A DNA stretch of 64,000 nt, taken from positions 1,326,501 through 1,390,500 of the forward strand of contig JAUPSS010000007.1 in the NCBI GenBank assembly GCA_040285825.1, read 5' to 3'. Position 1 is the first letter of the stretch. Each line of letters opens with the position of its first letter. The notes under the pieces were generated by a model. The model worked only from the letters and a program-made list of their open reading frames with translations, searched no databases and was not told where the DNA came from. This document shows, piece by piece, positions 20,769-32,412 of this stretch. A program made the position numbers and the translations under genes. This DNA comes from Eukaryota sp. TZLM1-RC. Its lineage: Eukaryota > Protista > Metamonada: BaSk clade.

Positions 20769-21419
20769 TCAGGAACAGTTGACTAAGTGTCTGGGGTATT
20801 TTGTTGTTCAGAAGTGAAAGATGCTTCTCTTAAATTGGAAATTCTCTAAATCTCAACCTCAAAATGAAGTCTTCAACTTGACTCGAGTCGAGCTCGTAAA
20901 TTGCAGTATACAAACAGTAAAATTAAGAAACCACGGTGTGTACGAAAACAAAGAACGAATCCCGTAGTTCTAAATCATACCTAACATTCAACCTTTTTAA
21001 ATAATGCATGTACATTACTACTTCAATCATCAGAAAATAGATATCTTTTACCACGGACCCACGTCCTCCCCTCCGTCACCATTTGGTTGCAGAGCATCTG
21101 TGTTTTGACGTCTTTGGGCTGTCTTTATTTGTGCTTGTGCCATACAATCATTTGTTGGTATCTGCAAATCTCACTGGCACTGATTTTTTGCAGAATCTGC
21201 ATCAATAGTTTGTAGAAAACGGTGCTTGTGACTAGTTGTGTTGATGAAGGTAAAAATTGAAAGTAAAGAATTTTGATACGCACACATTTTGGGTTCTTGT
21301 ACTCCTTCCACAGCTTCAGCCTTTTGTTGTTCCTTTAATTCATTGAGAACAAATTCTTTTTACTGATTCATCGGTTGTAGAAGCAGTAATGTTGTAAAAT
21401 CACTTATTTTCTTCAGCAA

Positions 21420-24400
21420 AGTTGGGTGATATTGGATTTACAAAGTTTTTTAATTTGTGTTAATCAGCATTTTTGGGTGGATGCAAGAATTTTATTTTTG
21501 AATTTTTTCACAGATTTCCTGCAGATTCTCATTTGATAGTTCCCAGTTGCAGTCAATATTTGAATGAGTTAGTTTGCAACCTCGGTAGATTGCCACCACA
21601 AATTTGGACCAAATGTTTTCCCATATCAATTTAAGAAATTCCTATCCGATCTCTTTTTAGTTTGCAGTTTTGTAGTAAAAAGCTTCAACAAAGAATGTCA
21701 AAGATTTTTGAAAACTTAGATTTTGATGTTAGACTTGGCTTGGCCAAGTAAAAGAATCCTGCTTTTGCAAATCTTTGACAAGATCTGTGTGATAGTACGT
21801 CTTCTGCCTTAGTAACAACAATTCCTCAAGTTTATGGTACTCTTTCAACTGATTCTGCTTGGACTTTGAATATGAGATTTCGTTCCTTTATCTGGCCTGA
21901 TAATTTTTTATTTATTTATTTTTAAAACTGGAATAATTATTGAGATAAAAATAACCATCTAGAATTCAATATCCTCCAAACAAGCGTCACTATTACTGAA
22001 CCTACTCACAGCATTACGTTCATATTCTACACCAATAGCTAAAAGTGCCTTTGAAATCATTGTTGGAATAGACTTGAAAATGCAAAAAACAATTCTATTT
22101 AACCAGAAAGTGGAGTTCATTGTTTTACCAGACCTATTCAGTAACACTTTTTTAAAATTTTCCAAAAAGTGCAAGCCTGAAGGTCCAATATTGCCAAAAA
22201 GAGAAATTGCAAACGGCACAAACTGATATTTCACATGTTCCACTCTACCTAACTGTGCCAAAGGTTCTTCATATTTTTTTATCTTCTTTTTTTCGGCGTT
22301 AGATAACGGCGAGTCAGCGGAATACACTAAACGAGCAGCAGAATTTTTGCAAACATCCACTGAGACAACGTCTACAACATTGAGAACACCATCGATCCCT
22401 GGAGCTACTAAATCTGCCCTTCTTTTACCAAAGGAATCATCAGTTTGATCTGAAGACAGCTTACGTACTAGTGGCTCAATAAATGCCTCTATATTGAAAC
22501 TTTTGCACATGGCATATAATTGATCACGAACTGAGTCATGAACAAGTGAGCGATAAGTTATGAAATACTTACAGTTTAAAATATGGGAAAGCGTAACAAC
22601 ACTCTTGCAGCGACAAATTAAATCATTTGGCAATGAGCAAGGCCATAGAAAACATCTCAATCTCATTGCAGTGGTCCATTGGTGATCATTAAGTAGAAGG
22701 CCGTAAATGTTGGGAATTTGGGAGATTAAGCAACTTGAGCAACTGTCTTCAAGATCAATCAAAAAGTTTGCAAAAACGGGATTTTTTTCCTTAGCCAAGC
22801 TAAGACGTACAATATAATCCAAGTTTTCTAAAACTTTCAAAATTTTTTTCTGCAATTTTGCAAAAGTCAGTGGTAAGGAGAGCAAGCTTCTTGAAGGAAG
22901 TTCCACAATATCAGAGGGGAAACATTTAGCCCAAATATTGGGTGAAAGAGTTTCAATTTCCTGTTGCAATGAAATAAGATAAGAGCTGCCACAATTTTCA
23001 ATGAGATGAATTTTTTCAGGAAAACGATTCACAAATTCATAAATAAAATTCTTTCCACCTCCAATAAAGGCAGCTTTACAAAGGTAGCTTGATTTATGAA
23101 AATCAACACCACCAAAATTTGTACCACAACAAATGTGGCTTCGTAACTGAGATGCATCAATTTCCAATAATTTTGCTAAAAAATTGGTTCTTTGTTCATT
23201 AAAAATGCGACAAAACTCCAAAGAAATTGATGGTGATGTTGATCTCAAAATATGAGTAAATTTTCCAGAATAACAGATTTTTAGGAAAAAGAATTTCAAA
23301 TCTTTCTCAATATTTAAATTTTCTATTGATTCTAATTCATTTCCAAATTGAGTCAACAGAGTCGAAAGTTGGCTTTTGACTTCATCAATATTTCCGAGAT
23401 AACAACCCAGAAAACGAAAACCAGACTGATCATAATTGATAAAGGGGATATTGACATCATTAATGAAAAAATCAATTGGTTCATGGCCAATAATCAAACA
23501 TTTGGAGATATTCAATGAGAGACCAATATCTTCATAACGTTGTTAAATAAAAGTTGCTAATTGTTTCAGAATTGTAATAGGAGCAATTACAGAAATGTCA
23601 TCCATATATGCTACAATATCTATTTCTGGGAATTTTTCTTTCAATTCGCACATTAATGGATGAATTGCCAGACAAAAGAAAAAAGGACCAAGTGGATCAC
23701 CTTGTTTAACACCTGAAGACGAAAGCAGGTCAAAGTTTTCATAGACCAATGTGGATGATTTTCCATAAAATGAATAGAAAAAAAGCTCAACTTCAGGAAA
23801 ATGCTTTTGCAGCAAAGGTAAAATGGAAGAACGAGATACAGAATTGAAAGCATTCTTAAAATCTAAATTGAAGATGTAATTAGAATCACTAGAATTAAAA
23901 AACACATCCGACGAAAGAGCAGCAGAAGAAGCACCATCAATTGTCTTGATTCCAAATTGAAATGGACTGAAAAATTCCTTGGCTTTTTTCCCAATTCTAT
24001 TGAAAACAAGAGACGCAAGAATTCTTGAAAACGATTCTCCAATTGCAATTGGACGGATTTTGGATTGACTTTTTTTGTGGGCAATTAAGCGAGCACTGGT
24101 CATCTCAAAAGGGACTTTAATTTTTAACGTAAGAAGATTGTTGAAAAAAAGAACAAGATCATCAGCAATTTCAGGACACTGTCCAACAGCTGATTTGATC
24201 ATGTCAAAATTCAACAAAAATGGCCCAGGAGGTTTTCCAGTAGGCATTTGCTGAATCAGTTTCAATACCTCTGAAGCATTGACAGGATTTTGCAGCCAAT
24301 AATCAACTGAATCTGGTTTAGTACAATGAAAATTTTCTTCTGGATGAAGATGATTCAATTGGAACAATGTGCTTCCATTACATTCAGCTAAATCATAGCC

Positions 24401-25080
24401 TGATAATTTACTTCATAATTTAATTTGTAAATGTTCTCGAGAAATTACAATTACTCATTTGTTAAATTGTGAACATTTTATTACTTTTAGAAGCAAGGTT
24501 CATGATGCTGTAAGAGAGCAGTTATATTGTATGTGTAAGTTTCATGGAATTGAATCCTTTTTAGAACCTCTGCTGTCAAATCTGTTTGATGCAGATGATT
24601 TTCATAAGAATAATAGTGGTGATGTCATATTACCTGGATTGGATGGAAGCTTCATTTTATTGGATGTAGTGTCTGTTGATCCTTGTATTGTTGCAAACGA
24701 AAGTCTTGTTGATTCTGAAATTCATAATTTTTGTTCAAATGTTGAAAATTTCAAAATCAAAAAATAAAATGAACGGTTGTAAAAAAAGTCCAGTCAACAG
24801 CATGCAAAATACAATTTGTGTCCATTGGTATTTTCTCTCTCTGGTTCACTTGCTCCCACGGCCATACTCTCTTAGGAAGATTTTGAAATGATTATATAGC
24901 GAAGAACTTACAGAAATTTCAATTGTTTGTTTAGGTATAATAGAATTGTGTTTTCTATTTTTAAGGGGATGTTGAAGATGGTTTCTGATGCTTTGCTTTC
25001 TCTTGGATCTAACTACGAGAGAGTTGCATCTAGTGTTTTTTTTGGGAGAGATGGATTTGTGAGATGTTGATGTCCCAGTA
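21420..25080 (+). pseudogene. Family D non-LTR relic (21420-21906 and 24398-25080), split by a family C insertion
   Basis: SAFLGGCKNFIFEF...MRFRSFIWPD|NLLHNLICKC...HLLNC...VHDAVRE...GDV..DV. Confidence 0.8.
21907..24397 (-). mobile_element. Family C CRE-like non-LTR retrotransposon, 5'-truncated (RT + CCHC + RLE), one nonsense codon
   Basis: RPIAIGE, DFKNAFNS, GVKQGDPLGP, YMDD; CRC..HILNC; VHD, EP, RAD, DV, EKKK..KY. (TAAA)n/A tail; 12-bp TSD GCCTGATAATTT (21895-21906 and 24398-24409); CAA>TAA at 23543-23545. Confidence 0.92.
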
Positions 25081-25472
25081 TTTTGATAAGTTTTTAAACA
25101 TTATTAAACAAAAAAGAAAACAACGAATTGTGGTCAACATGCCCAATCAATTGAAAGAATTTCAAAGAAGGAAAGTTTTGTTCAGTGATATTGGTGGGAA
25201 CATATTATACTTATAAATAGCCATTTTCTGTTTTAAATCTTTTTTTTATTCAACAACAAATATGAAAACATAAAATACACAATTAAAACTCCACATCCTC
25301 AAAACCTGCCTCCCCTGCATCAAAACAATTAATTGCCAAAGATTCAGAAAATTTCCCAAAAGAAGACAGTGGATCAGAAATTAGTTAGCATTTTCTATTT
25401 TAAATCATATTGTGATTGTTAGAAGTTCAATCTAACCTCATCCTAACCTTTTATCTCAAATATCTTTCTTTT

Positions 25473-28400
25473 ATGCATCTATCTGCTCTCTTTGAGTTGT
25501 CAGTGGATCCCTTTGATGGGGAGGGTAGATCTACTTGGTCATCATTTATCAATTCAAAGGACGAGTCACAACTTTTGGAGTTTCTCTCTCTAGTGGAGCA
25601 CCATCTTCAGTCTGATTCAGCAGATCAAGCCTTTCGATCTGTCTCTCTGCTCCTTACTTATCTCAATCAAGTCTCAAGTCCTCCTTTTGCTCTTGCTCTA
25701 GACCCATCCCGCTACTCCAACATCATCACCACCCTCATAAACACTCTTAGTACCACTTCTGATCCTAAACTTCCTGCTCCAATCGCATCTAGCCTCCTTA
25801 GATTCACCACCCTGAATTTACATCCTACTTCAATCTCCCTCAAGGCTCTCCTCTCTTCCAAACCTTTGTCTACACAAAGGGTCGCGTTTAGGTCAACTTT
25901 TCTTAGCTACCTTCTCAATTTGGTCAATCAGCTCAATCAAAATGATGGTCCTTTTGATGACGTGCTTCCCAGTCTGATTACTACCCATTTCTCGCATGAA
26001 TCTGATCCAAGGTGTTTGGTTCCTTTGTTCAAATTAGTTTCTAACCTCGACTCTTTCTTGATCACGTCATCGAGTCACGTGATAACTTCCCTTTTCACGA
26101 CTCTGACTTCTTATTTCCCAGTTACTTATCAACCACCAGATGAACTGAAAAAGGAAGGTATCACGCTTGAAGGATTAAAAATGACTCTTTTTTCTGCAAT
26201 GTCGATTCCCAGTCAAATAGCTCAGAATTCGTTCGACTTTTTGATTGAAGTTGCCGCTACAGGTGATGCGATTGATGATTGTCTCGAGGTTTTAAAATTT
26301 ATTTCCCAATATAATCCAGAGGTATATAATCTCAAAATTTGTTCCTTGAAGCAATCCAGAACTGATAATTCTAATTTAATTTCGACTTTATCAAGAGAAA
26401 AAACGCCATTAAGAATTGAAAAAACTTTTGATTTCATTAAATCAATTTTTCCTTTTCTTTCTGAATTTAATGATGTTTTGTGCAGAATTTGTTTTTCTTT
26501 CACCTCCTTTTTGGTTCGTAATTACCTCGAAGGTGTAGGTCTGGCTATTGCTTCTGATAAAGAATCAAGTGGTACCAAAGTAAAAAATTGCTTAAGGAAA
26601 ATTTTGACAGAATTGATTGAATTGACCTCTATTTGTCAGGGTGATCCTCTTTCGAAAATTTCCGTAGACGATGTAATTTTAAATATTTTAGAAGCTGGCC
26701 TTAACATTATAAATGGAACTATTTCTTTTCAGTCCACTGGAACTCATTTGAGTGAATTACCATTTACAATCAAATCTGATTGCTCTTTTTTAACATGTTT
26801 GCTGTTGAAACGTGTTTACGAGCTACATGATGTCACCAGTCTTCCAAAGTCAAGATCAATCATCACCAATCATTCTGTCGACATTTTGGATTTGATTGAG
26901 AATCTACTTCACTCTCATGTCGAAGGGTTAAAAACTGGTAAGGTCAGCCGGACTGGGAAGGTTTCTGCAATCACTTTGATTGGATTAGTCTTTTATTTCC
27001 AGTCAGACAATCAGAAAATTGAGGAAAAATTAAACACATTTGTCAACAAGCTGCTATCATTGACACTATCAAAAGATGAATCAATCAAAAACTGTTCAAT
27101 TTTGACCCTCTGTTTGATTGGAAAATCTTCTGTTTTTCAACAATTAATTGCAGAACTTTTCTCAAAAAGTTTAGATTCCCTAATTAATTCTCAATTTGTT
27201 TTTAATGAAGCTTCTTTTTTAAATTTAGTCACATTAGTCTGTTTTTTCAATGTAAATTCCCAGAAATTAAACCAAATTTCTTGTTTTTTTGATCATATTA
27301 TTAAAGATCATTTCAATAATGCTATTTTTGAATTGTTTCATTTGTTTATTGATGTCATGGATTCTGAACAAAAGTTATCAATTTTAAGTCCATTTATATC
27401 TATTTTAAACCGTCTTCTGACTCTCAATCATTATGATTTGATTGAATCTTTGTGCGGTACTTTTTTGAAGAATTTTAATGATAATTTTGATCAATTGGAA
27501 CCACTGCTTTCATTTGTTCATACCAATTTGTCTCTGGATTCGTCAAATACTTCAATACTTTCCGCTATTAATCATTGTTTAAAACTAAATTCAACATTCA
27601 TTCCAATTAATTTTGATGAATTATTTCAAAATTGTTGTAGTTGTTTGAAAGATCATTCTGATTTCTTGTCAGCTCATGTCACTGTTTGTGAACCCCTTAC
27701 GATCAAAATTTTAAATATTTGTCCTATTTTAAATACTCTCTTTATTATTTGTCAATCAAATATTCAATCAACTGTGGAGTTTTTAACCTCTTCAATCAAT
27801 CAAATTTCGTCGACTTCAATAATTCCTTTTTCTTGTTGCATATTGGCAATTTCGAATTCAACCACCATCAATTCAGAAGGTAAAACTATAATCAGACGGT
27901 TTTTTAATCATCTGGTCTCGTTGAATCTCGTTGAAATTCCCTCAATTTTGGGCTTTTTGGCTTCAAATGGTGGCGATTTCATTAAGACTATCGCTCGTAA
28001 TTCCATTATTTCAAAGTTCATTAATACTTTTAAATCAAACTCTAACAGTAAATTGATTTCTATGGGCTCTATTGTCAATTTATTTAAGGGTAGTACTCCA
28101 ACAACAATTGACCCTTCTGAATTATCAAAACTAATTACATCTTTTATTTATGAATCTTTTAATTCTAAATCAAATTTATTAGAAGATGCCAATATAATTT
28201 GCCAAAGTTTAACTTTACAATTCATCAAGTTTGTTTTTAATTTCGATTCATCTGTTAGAGCTTTTGTTGTGAGACTAATTCCTTCGCTTGTGGATAAGGT
28301 CAATCAGCAGCTAATGACCTTGGTCACTTTAGAAGCACAAACTCTTTTAAAAACATCAAGTTTTCTCAAATTTTATTTCGTTGATTTTCTCCATTTTGTG

Positions 28401-28547
28401 GTTTGTAGTATTGAGTTTTCAGCAATTGAAGAAAAGAAACGTCCTGTAACCCAAGCCTTATTGGCATTGATTGATGATAGTAATAGTTTAATTAGATCCA
28501 AAGCAATGGAGACGAGGCACTTATGGTATGTTAAAAAAACAAATTAG
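25473..28547 (+). CDS. MMS19: MMS19 (cytosolic Fe-S assembly targeting complex, HEAT repeats)
   Basis: ESDPRCL...YFPVTYQPP...GITLEGLK N-terminal motif; C-terminal V..AL...DD...IR..A...R..W; first ATG at 25473. Confidence 0.85.
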   Translation: MHLSALFELSVDPFDGEGRSTWSSFINSKDESQLLEFLSLVEHHLQSDSADQAFRSVSLLLTYLNQVSSPPFALALDPSRYSNIITTLINTLSTTSDPKLPAPIASSLLRFTTLNLHPTSISLKALLSSKPLSTQRVAFRSTFLSYLLNLVNQLNQNDGPFDDVLPSLITTHFSHESDPRCLVPLFKLVSNLDSFLITSSSHVITSLFTTLTSYFPVTYQPPDELKKEGITLEGLKMTLFSAMSIPSQIAQNSFDFLIEVAATGDAIDDCLEVLKFISQYNPEVYNLKICSLKQSRTDNSNLISTLSREKTPLRIEKTFDFIKSIFPFLSEFNDVLCRICFSFTSFLVRNYLEGVGLAIASDKESSGTKVKNCLRKILTELIELTSICQGDPLSKISVDDVILNILEAGLNIINGTISFQSTGTHLSELPFTIKSDCSFLTCLLLKRVYELHDVTSLPKSRSIITNHSVDILDLIENLLHSHVEGLKTGKVSRTGKVSAITLIGLVFYFQSDNQKIEEKLNTFVNKLLSLTLSKDESIKNCSILTLCLIGKSSVFQQLIAELFSKSLDSLINSQFVFNEASFLNLVTLVCFFNVNSQKLNQISCFFDHIIKDHFNNAIFELFHLFIDVMDSEQKLSILSPFISILNRLLTLNHYDLIESLCGTFLKNFNDNFDQLEPLLSFVHTNLSLDSSNTSILSAINHCLKLNSTFIPINFDELFQNCCSCLKDHSDFLSAHVTVCEPLTIKILNICPILNTLFIICQSNIQSTVEFLTSSINQISSTSIIPFSCCILAISNSTTINSEGKTIIRRFFNHLVSLNLVEIPSILGFLASNGGDFIKTIARNSIISKFINTFKSNSNSKLISMGSIVNLFKGSTPTTIDPSELSKLITSFIYESFNSKSNLLEDANIICQSLTLQFIKFVFNFDSSVRAFVVRLIPSLVDKVNQQLMTLVTLEAQTLLKTSSFLKFYFVDFLHFVVCSIEFSAIEEKKRPVTQALLALIDDSNSLIRSKAMETRHLWYVKKTN

Positions 28548-29549
28548 GATTGGTTCCATTTAATTAATTATTAATTAGCATTGGTATTTTATACAATAGG
28601 CTTAATGTTTTTGCTTTTAAATGAATATCACCTCTTATTTCACATGATTTTGCAACAACGATACACACACAGATGATCATTGGGTACGGAATTACAGTCA
28701 TAGTATATGCTTTAAGCACAAAGAACCAACAGGAAGTCCCCTAAGTGATCACGTCATGCCAATTTAATTAGAAGGTAATTCATGTAGCTGTTGACTGGTG
28801 AAGCAAATGATGCTCTGGTCTATAAAAGTGAAAAATGATGTCCAATCGCCCAATTTATTGACATTATGGATAGCTGTCAAAGGGCTCGCCGGAAAATCTG
28901 ATTCAACAGACATACCAATTTGTTATTCAACTTTTATTGATTTTCAAAAATACAAAATACAACTAGAAAAACAAAACACGGTGAGGGGATAAGGTGAGTT
29001 TTGTAATTTATAACTGAAAGTTAATGCAATGAAAATGGGGAAAACTCAATAAACAATGGATTTGCTTTTTTATCGAAATTGTATTAACTACAGTTTCTTG
29101 ATTTATGAAAACCAAATGCTTTGGAAGAAGTGTAGAACATCATTGCAAAGGGTGCACTGATTTACTTAGCTCACAACTTCAAAAATGAAGAGAAATATTC
29201 GTTTAAAAGTTAATTTGGCGCTAGACGAAGGACAAAAACAGATGTAGAATAATCAGTTTATATAGATGATTAAGAAGCAGTTGTGCTACATGGTTCCAAG
29301 GACCTAGCAAGTATTCAGAAGTACCAATGATGTTTTGTGCCACTAGACAACATCACACAATGTCGAACCTTGTTTGTGACTGTGATTTTTATCTCCTTGC
29401 TCAACGTTTATCCGAGCTTTAACTAGATTTCATCTTCAACTTTATTGTTGATTATTTCTATTTATTTTAGCTCACATTCATTTTATTTATAGGATTATTG
29501 TATATCATAACTTGAATCCAAGTAATTAATTTACATGTTATAGTTCATA

Positions 29550-30600
29550 ATATTGAAATACACATTGCAAATATGTTCTCATTCTAGAAAATGTCGAAGA
29601 TTGCATTTTATATTATACACCCATTTTTTTCAATGCTGCGTCGATCACTTCTCATATTTATCTTTCATTACATCTTCATTTCCATCACCGCCCCCACTAT
29701 TATTGGTTCATTTACTTATTCTTTATTTACTCTTGACAAATCAGAGGTTACTTTGTCTGATTCCTCACTTATTGATTATGTGTCCCAAAATTTAGTTGTT
29801 CTTAACAATTCATTTCTTATTAACCTTGTCAAATATATTGTTGATTTTGATATTTCAATTTTTACTACTGATTCTTTTATTGATTTAGAAACAAATCTTG
29901 TTCGTAATGCTACTGCTGGTGAACTATTTTGACCATGAATAATGTCATTTGTGAAAGACTTGAAGTTGAAGTTCTTTATATTACTGAAAAGTCATTTGTT
30001 AATGGGTCAAACATTACCAGAAATTTCATTTTTGGATAACTTTATCATGAATAATTAATAATAATAAATAATTAATTCATGAAAAAGTACTCCCTGTTAT
30101 CATTGGTTAATGTTTTGGTCAAAGATTCAAAGATGTGTTTGTTGGTTTTCTTTGATTCCACTAGTTATATTGACAAATTTGCCACTAATTTTAGTATTGT
30201 TTCAAGTTGTTTCTGTTTCTTCTAATTCTAATTGAGTCAACTCTACAACTATTATTGATAGGTATTCAGCAGATCAATCTAAACATTTGATTACTTCAAG
30301 TAATTCTACCGTCAACTTGCTTAATTCTATTTTAGTACCCCAACGTTCTCATAAGTTATAACAATAATTTGATCATTTCTACAAGGTCTAAATTTTTCAT
30401 CAATAATTCAACCACCACTTCTTTATTTCATCTTGCATCTAAATTTGTTTTTGTTAATTGGATTCACTCTAATCTTTTAGTAATATATAGAAATAGTGAA
30501 TTTGAAATTGATGATTTTATTGTAACAAGTAGTAATTTATTAATAATAGCTGCAGCTCTTATTTCAACCAACTATGATTCTTCTACAATTGACTGAAAAT
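29550..30600 (+). pseudogene. Decayed I/N/S/F-rich gene, possibly a surface-protein relic
   Basis: Broken ORFs 29591-29932 (signal-peptide-like start) and 30369-30596. Confidence 0.3.
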
Positions 30601-31029
30601 AACGAAGATTTTCCTTTTATAACTCGAAAAGAAGTAGAACACATTTAAACGTTGTTCAGTAAGATTTTTGCCACTAAACACAACATTAAACTCAATGAAG
30701 AGGGTCAACCTGCATTGATCAATGAGGACTTGAACAAATCCGGTGCAAATAATAATAAGCAATTAGTGGAAAATGGTGGCGGTATTCCTCTGTTTCCCAT
30801 TATACTATAGCAGTTTTGGATTTTTCCATAGAACCGTGTTAAGAATAATGGTTTTAATTTGAAAAATGTGTTTTTTTGTCAAATCAATTTATTTCAGTGC
30901 CGGTGAAAACTGTTGAGGCTTCCAATGTCTCAAATGAAAATACATTCCATTCTATAGTTTATAATGGTCTTTCAAATGCTCAAAATTAGAAAATCAAAAC
31001 CCTTATCCAAATTTTCTTTTCATCAATAT

Positions 31030-31330
31030 TATTGTATTTATTGAATTTGCACACTTGATTAAATTAAATCATAACTAATGGGACGACTATCATTAGACCA
31101 AGTTTTCCTCTACAAAATCTTGATTTGCTTGCTGTCTAGCTAAAGCTTCTCTAATTCGATTGAAAAACCGATAATTCATTCATCAATATGCAAAATACAA
31201 TTTGTATTTTGTCGTGTTTTTTCTATTTGGTTCATTTGCTTCCACCACTTCCCGTTTTCTGGCAGAATTCGAAATAATAGTGAAGGAAAGGATTAAAGGA
31301 GATGGATTATTGAGAGGTTAATTAATAAGT
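31030..31330. pseudogene. Adjacent short 3' fragments of families B (minus) and D (plus)
   Basis: 31030-31170 matches 9778-9916; 31180-31260 resembles 24795-24880. Confidence 0.65.
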
Positions 31331-31610
31331 TCTGCATTAATTAAATTTATTTGAGAAATTTTTTTTCAAAAGAAATATCAATGGACTACTGTCATGCGAA
31401 TGCGTTGTGATTTATAGTTTATCGTTTGCCCCATGATTTTTATTGTATACAATTGAATTCAATTGTTTAAAAACTGTACCGAGTCTGTTGGTGAAACCAT
31501 TAGTGTTTTCACATGAGTTATATTGCCAATGTTAATCTTTGTGCATGGTTAAACATAAACTAAAATAAAAGAGAGGTTTGTGTAAAGAGTTAAGAAAATC
31601 ACGATAAAGT

Positions 31611-32184
31611 GATGACGTGACAACAGCAAGGTCACGTATAGCCTAGACTAACACTATCTGCTTTTGCGATACCTAAAGAATTAAACAGGTAAGCTGTCGC
31701 TCTTTTTAAATTATTTATTTTGACTCAGTTTTATAGTAGTAGCCCGTATTGTAAAAAATAGTAGTTGTGATAGTTATGAAAATTTTCAGAAGCCCCACCA
31801 TTCATATGAATCTATCGATAATCCTCATATTAATTAAAATAATAGTAATGGAAAATTATTTGGCAAGAATCAAGACTCCTTGATGAATTATCTTTTAAAA
31901 ACTGGTATTTTTGATGTGGAAATTAAAAACTAATAACCAATTCATCAAGTCTTCCCTTGAAATACAAATGTGGAAGTCAACGCTAAAAGCGCTACATGAT
32001 CACGTGATGTTTTCCTAAAGTGGAAGGTCACGTTTTGCTAGGACAAACCATCAGAATCAGTAATACAAAATGTACATTTTTACAGTTAGCTGTGTTTTGA
32101 ACATTATCAAACTCCAGAAATTACTGTCACGTGAGATATTTTTAGTGATGAACTTAACGCGGAAAAATGATTGATGACGTCATC
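31611..32184. promoter_or_regulatory. Cluster of ACGT-core (CRE/E-box-like) motifs
   Basis: GATGACGTGA 31611, GTCACGT 31631, ATCACGTGAT 31999, GGTCACGT 32026, TCACGTGA 32127, GATGACGTCATC 32173. Confidence 0.45.
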
Positions 32185-32412
32185 GTCATCCCTTAATCAA
32201 TAATCAATGTCACCAACAAATAGATGTTTCCATCAGAACTCATCAACCCTTGGACGCCACAATGAGCTGCTTGTTGCTTACCAGTGGGAAATGGGCAATA
32301 ATGAAGGTCACTGGAAAATATGAACGTTGTGGTCAATAATTAAACACCATGAATTTCACAATTGAACGTTATGTCTAATATATGATCAGGAAAGGGAAGG
32401 TAATCTAGTAAA

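Noticed and set aside
23543-23545. TAA at a Gln position, suggesting a TAA/TAG=Gln genetic code
   Set aside because: Host genes end properly at TAG/TAA, multi-kb AT-rich ORFs have no internal TAR, and the sister copy has CAA
31682-31740. CAGGTAAG / CTTACCTG resembling the U1 snRNA 5' end
   Set aside because: No U1 stem-loops or Sm site seen; more likely a splice donor or chance
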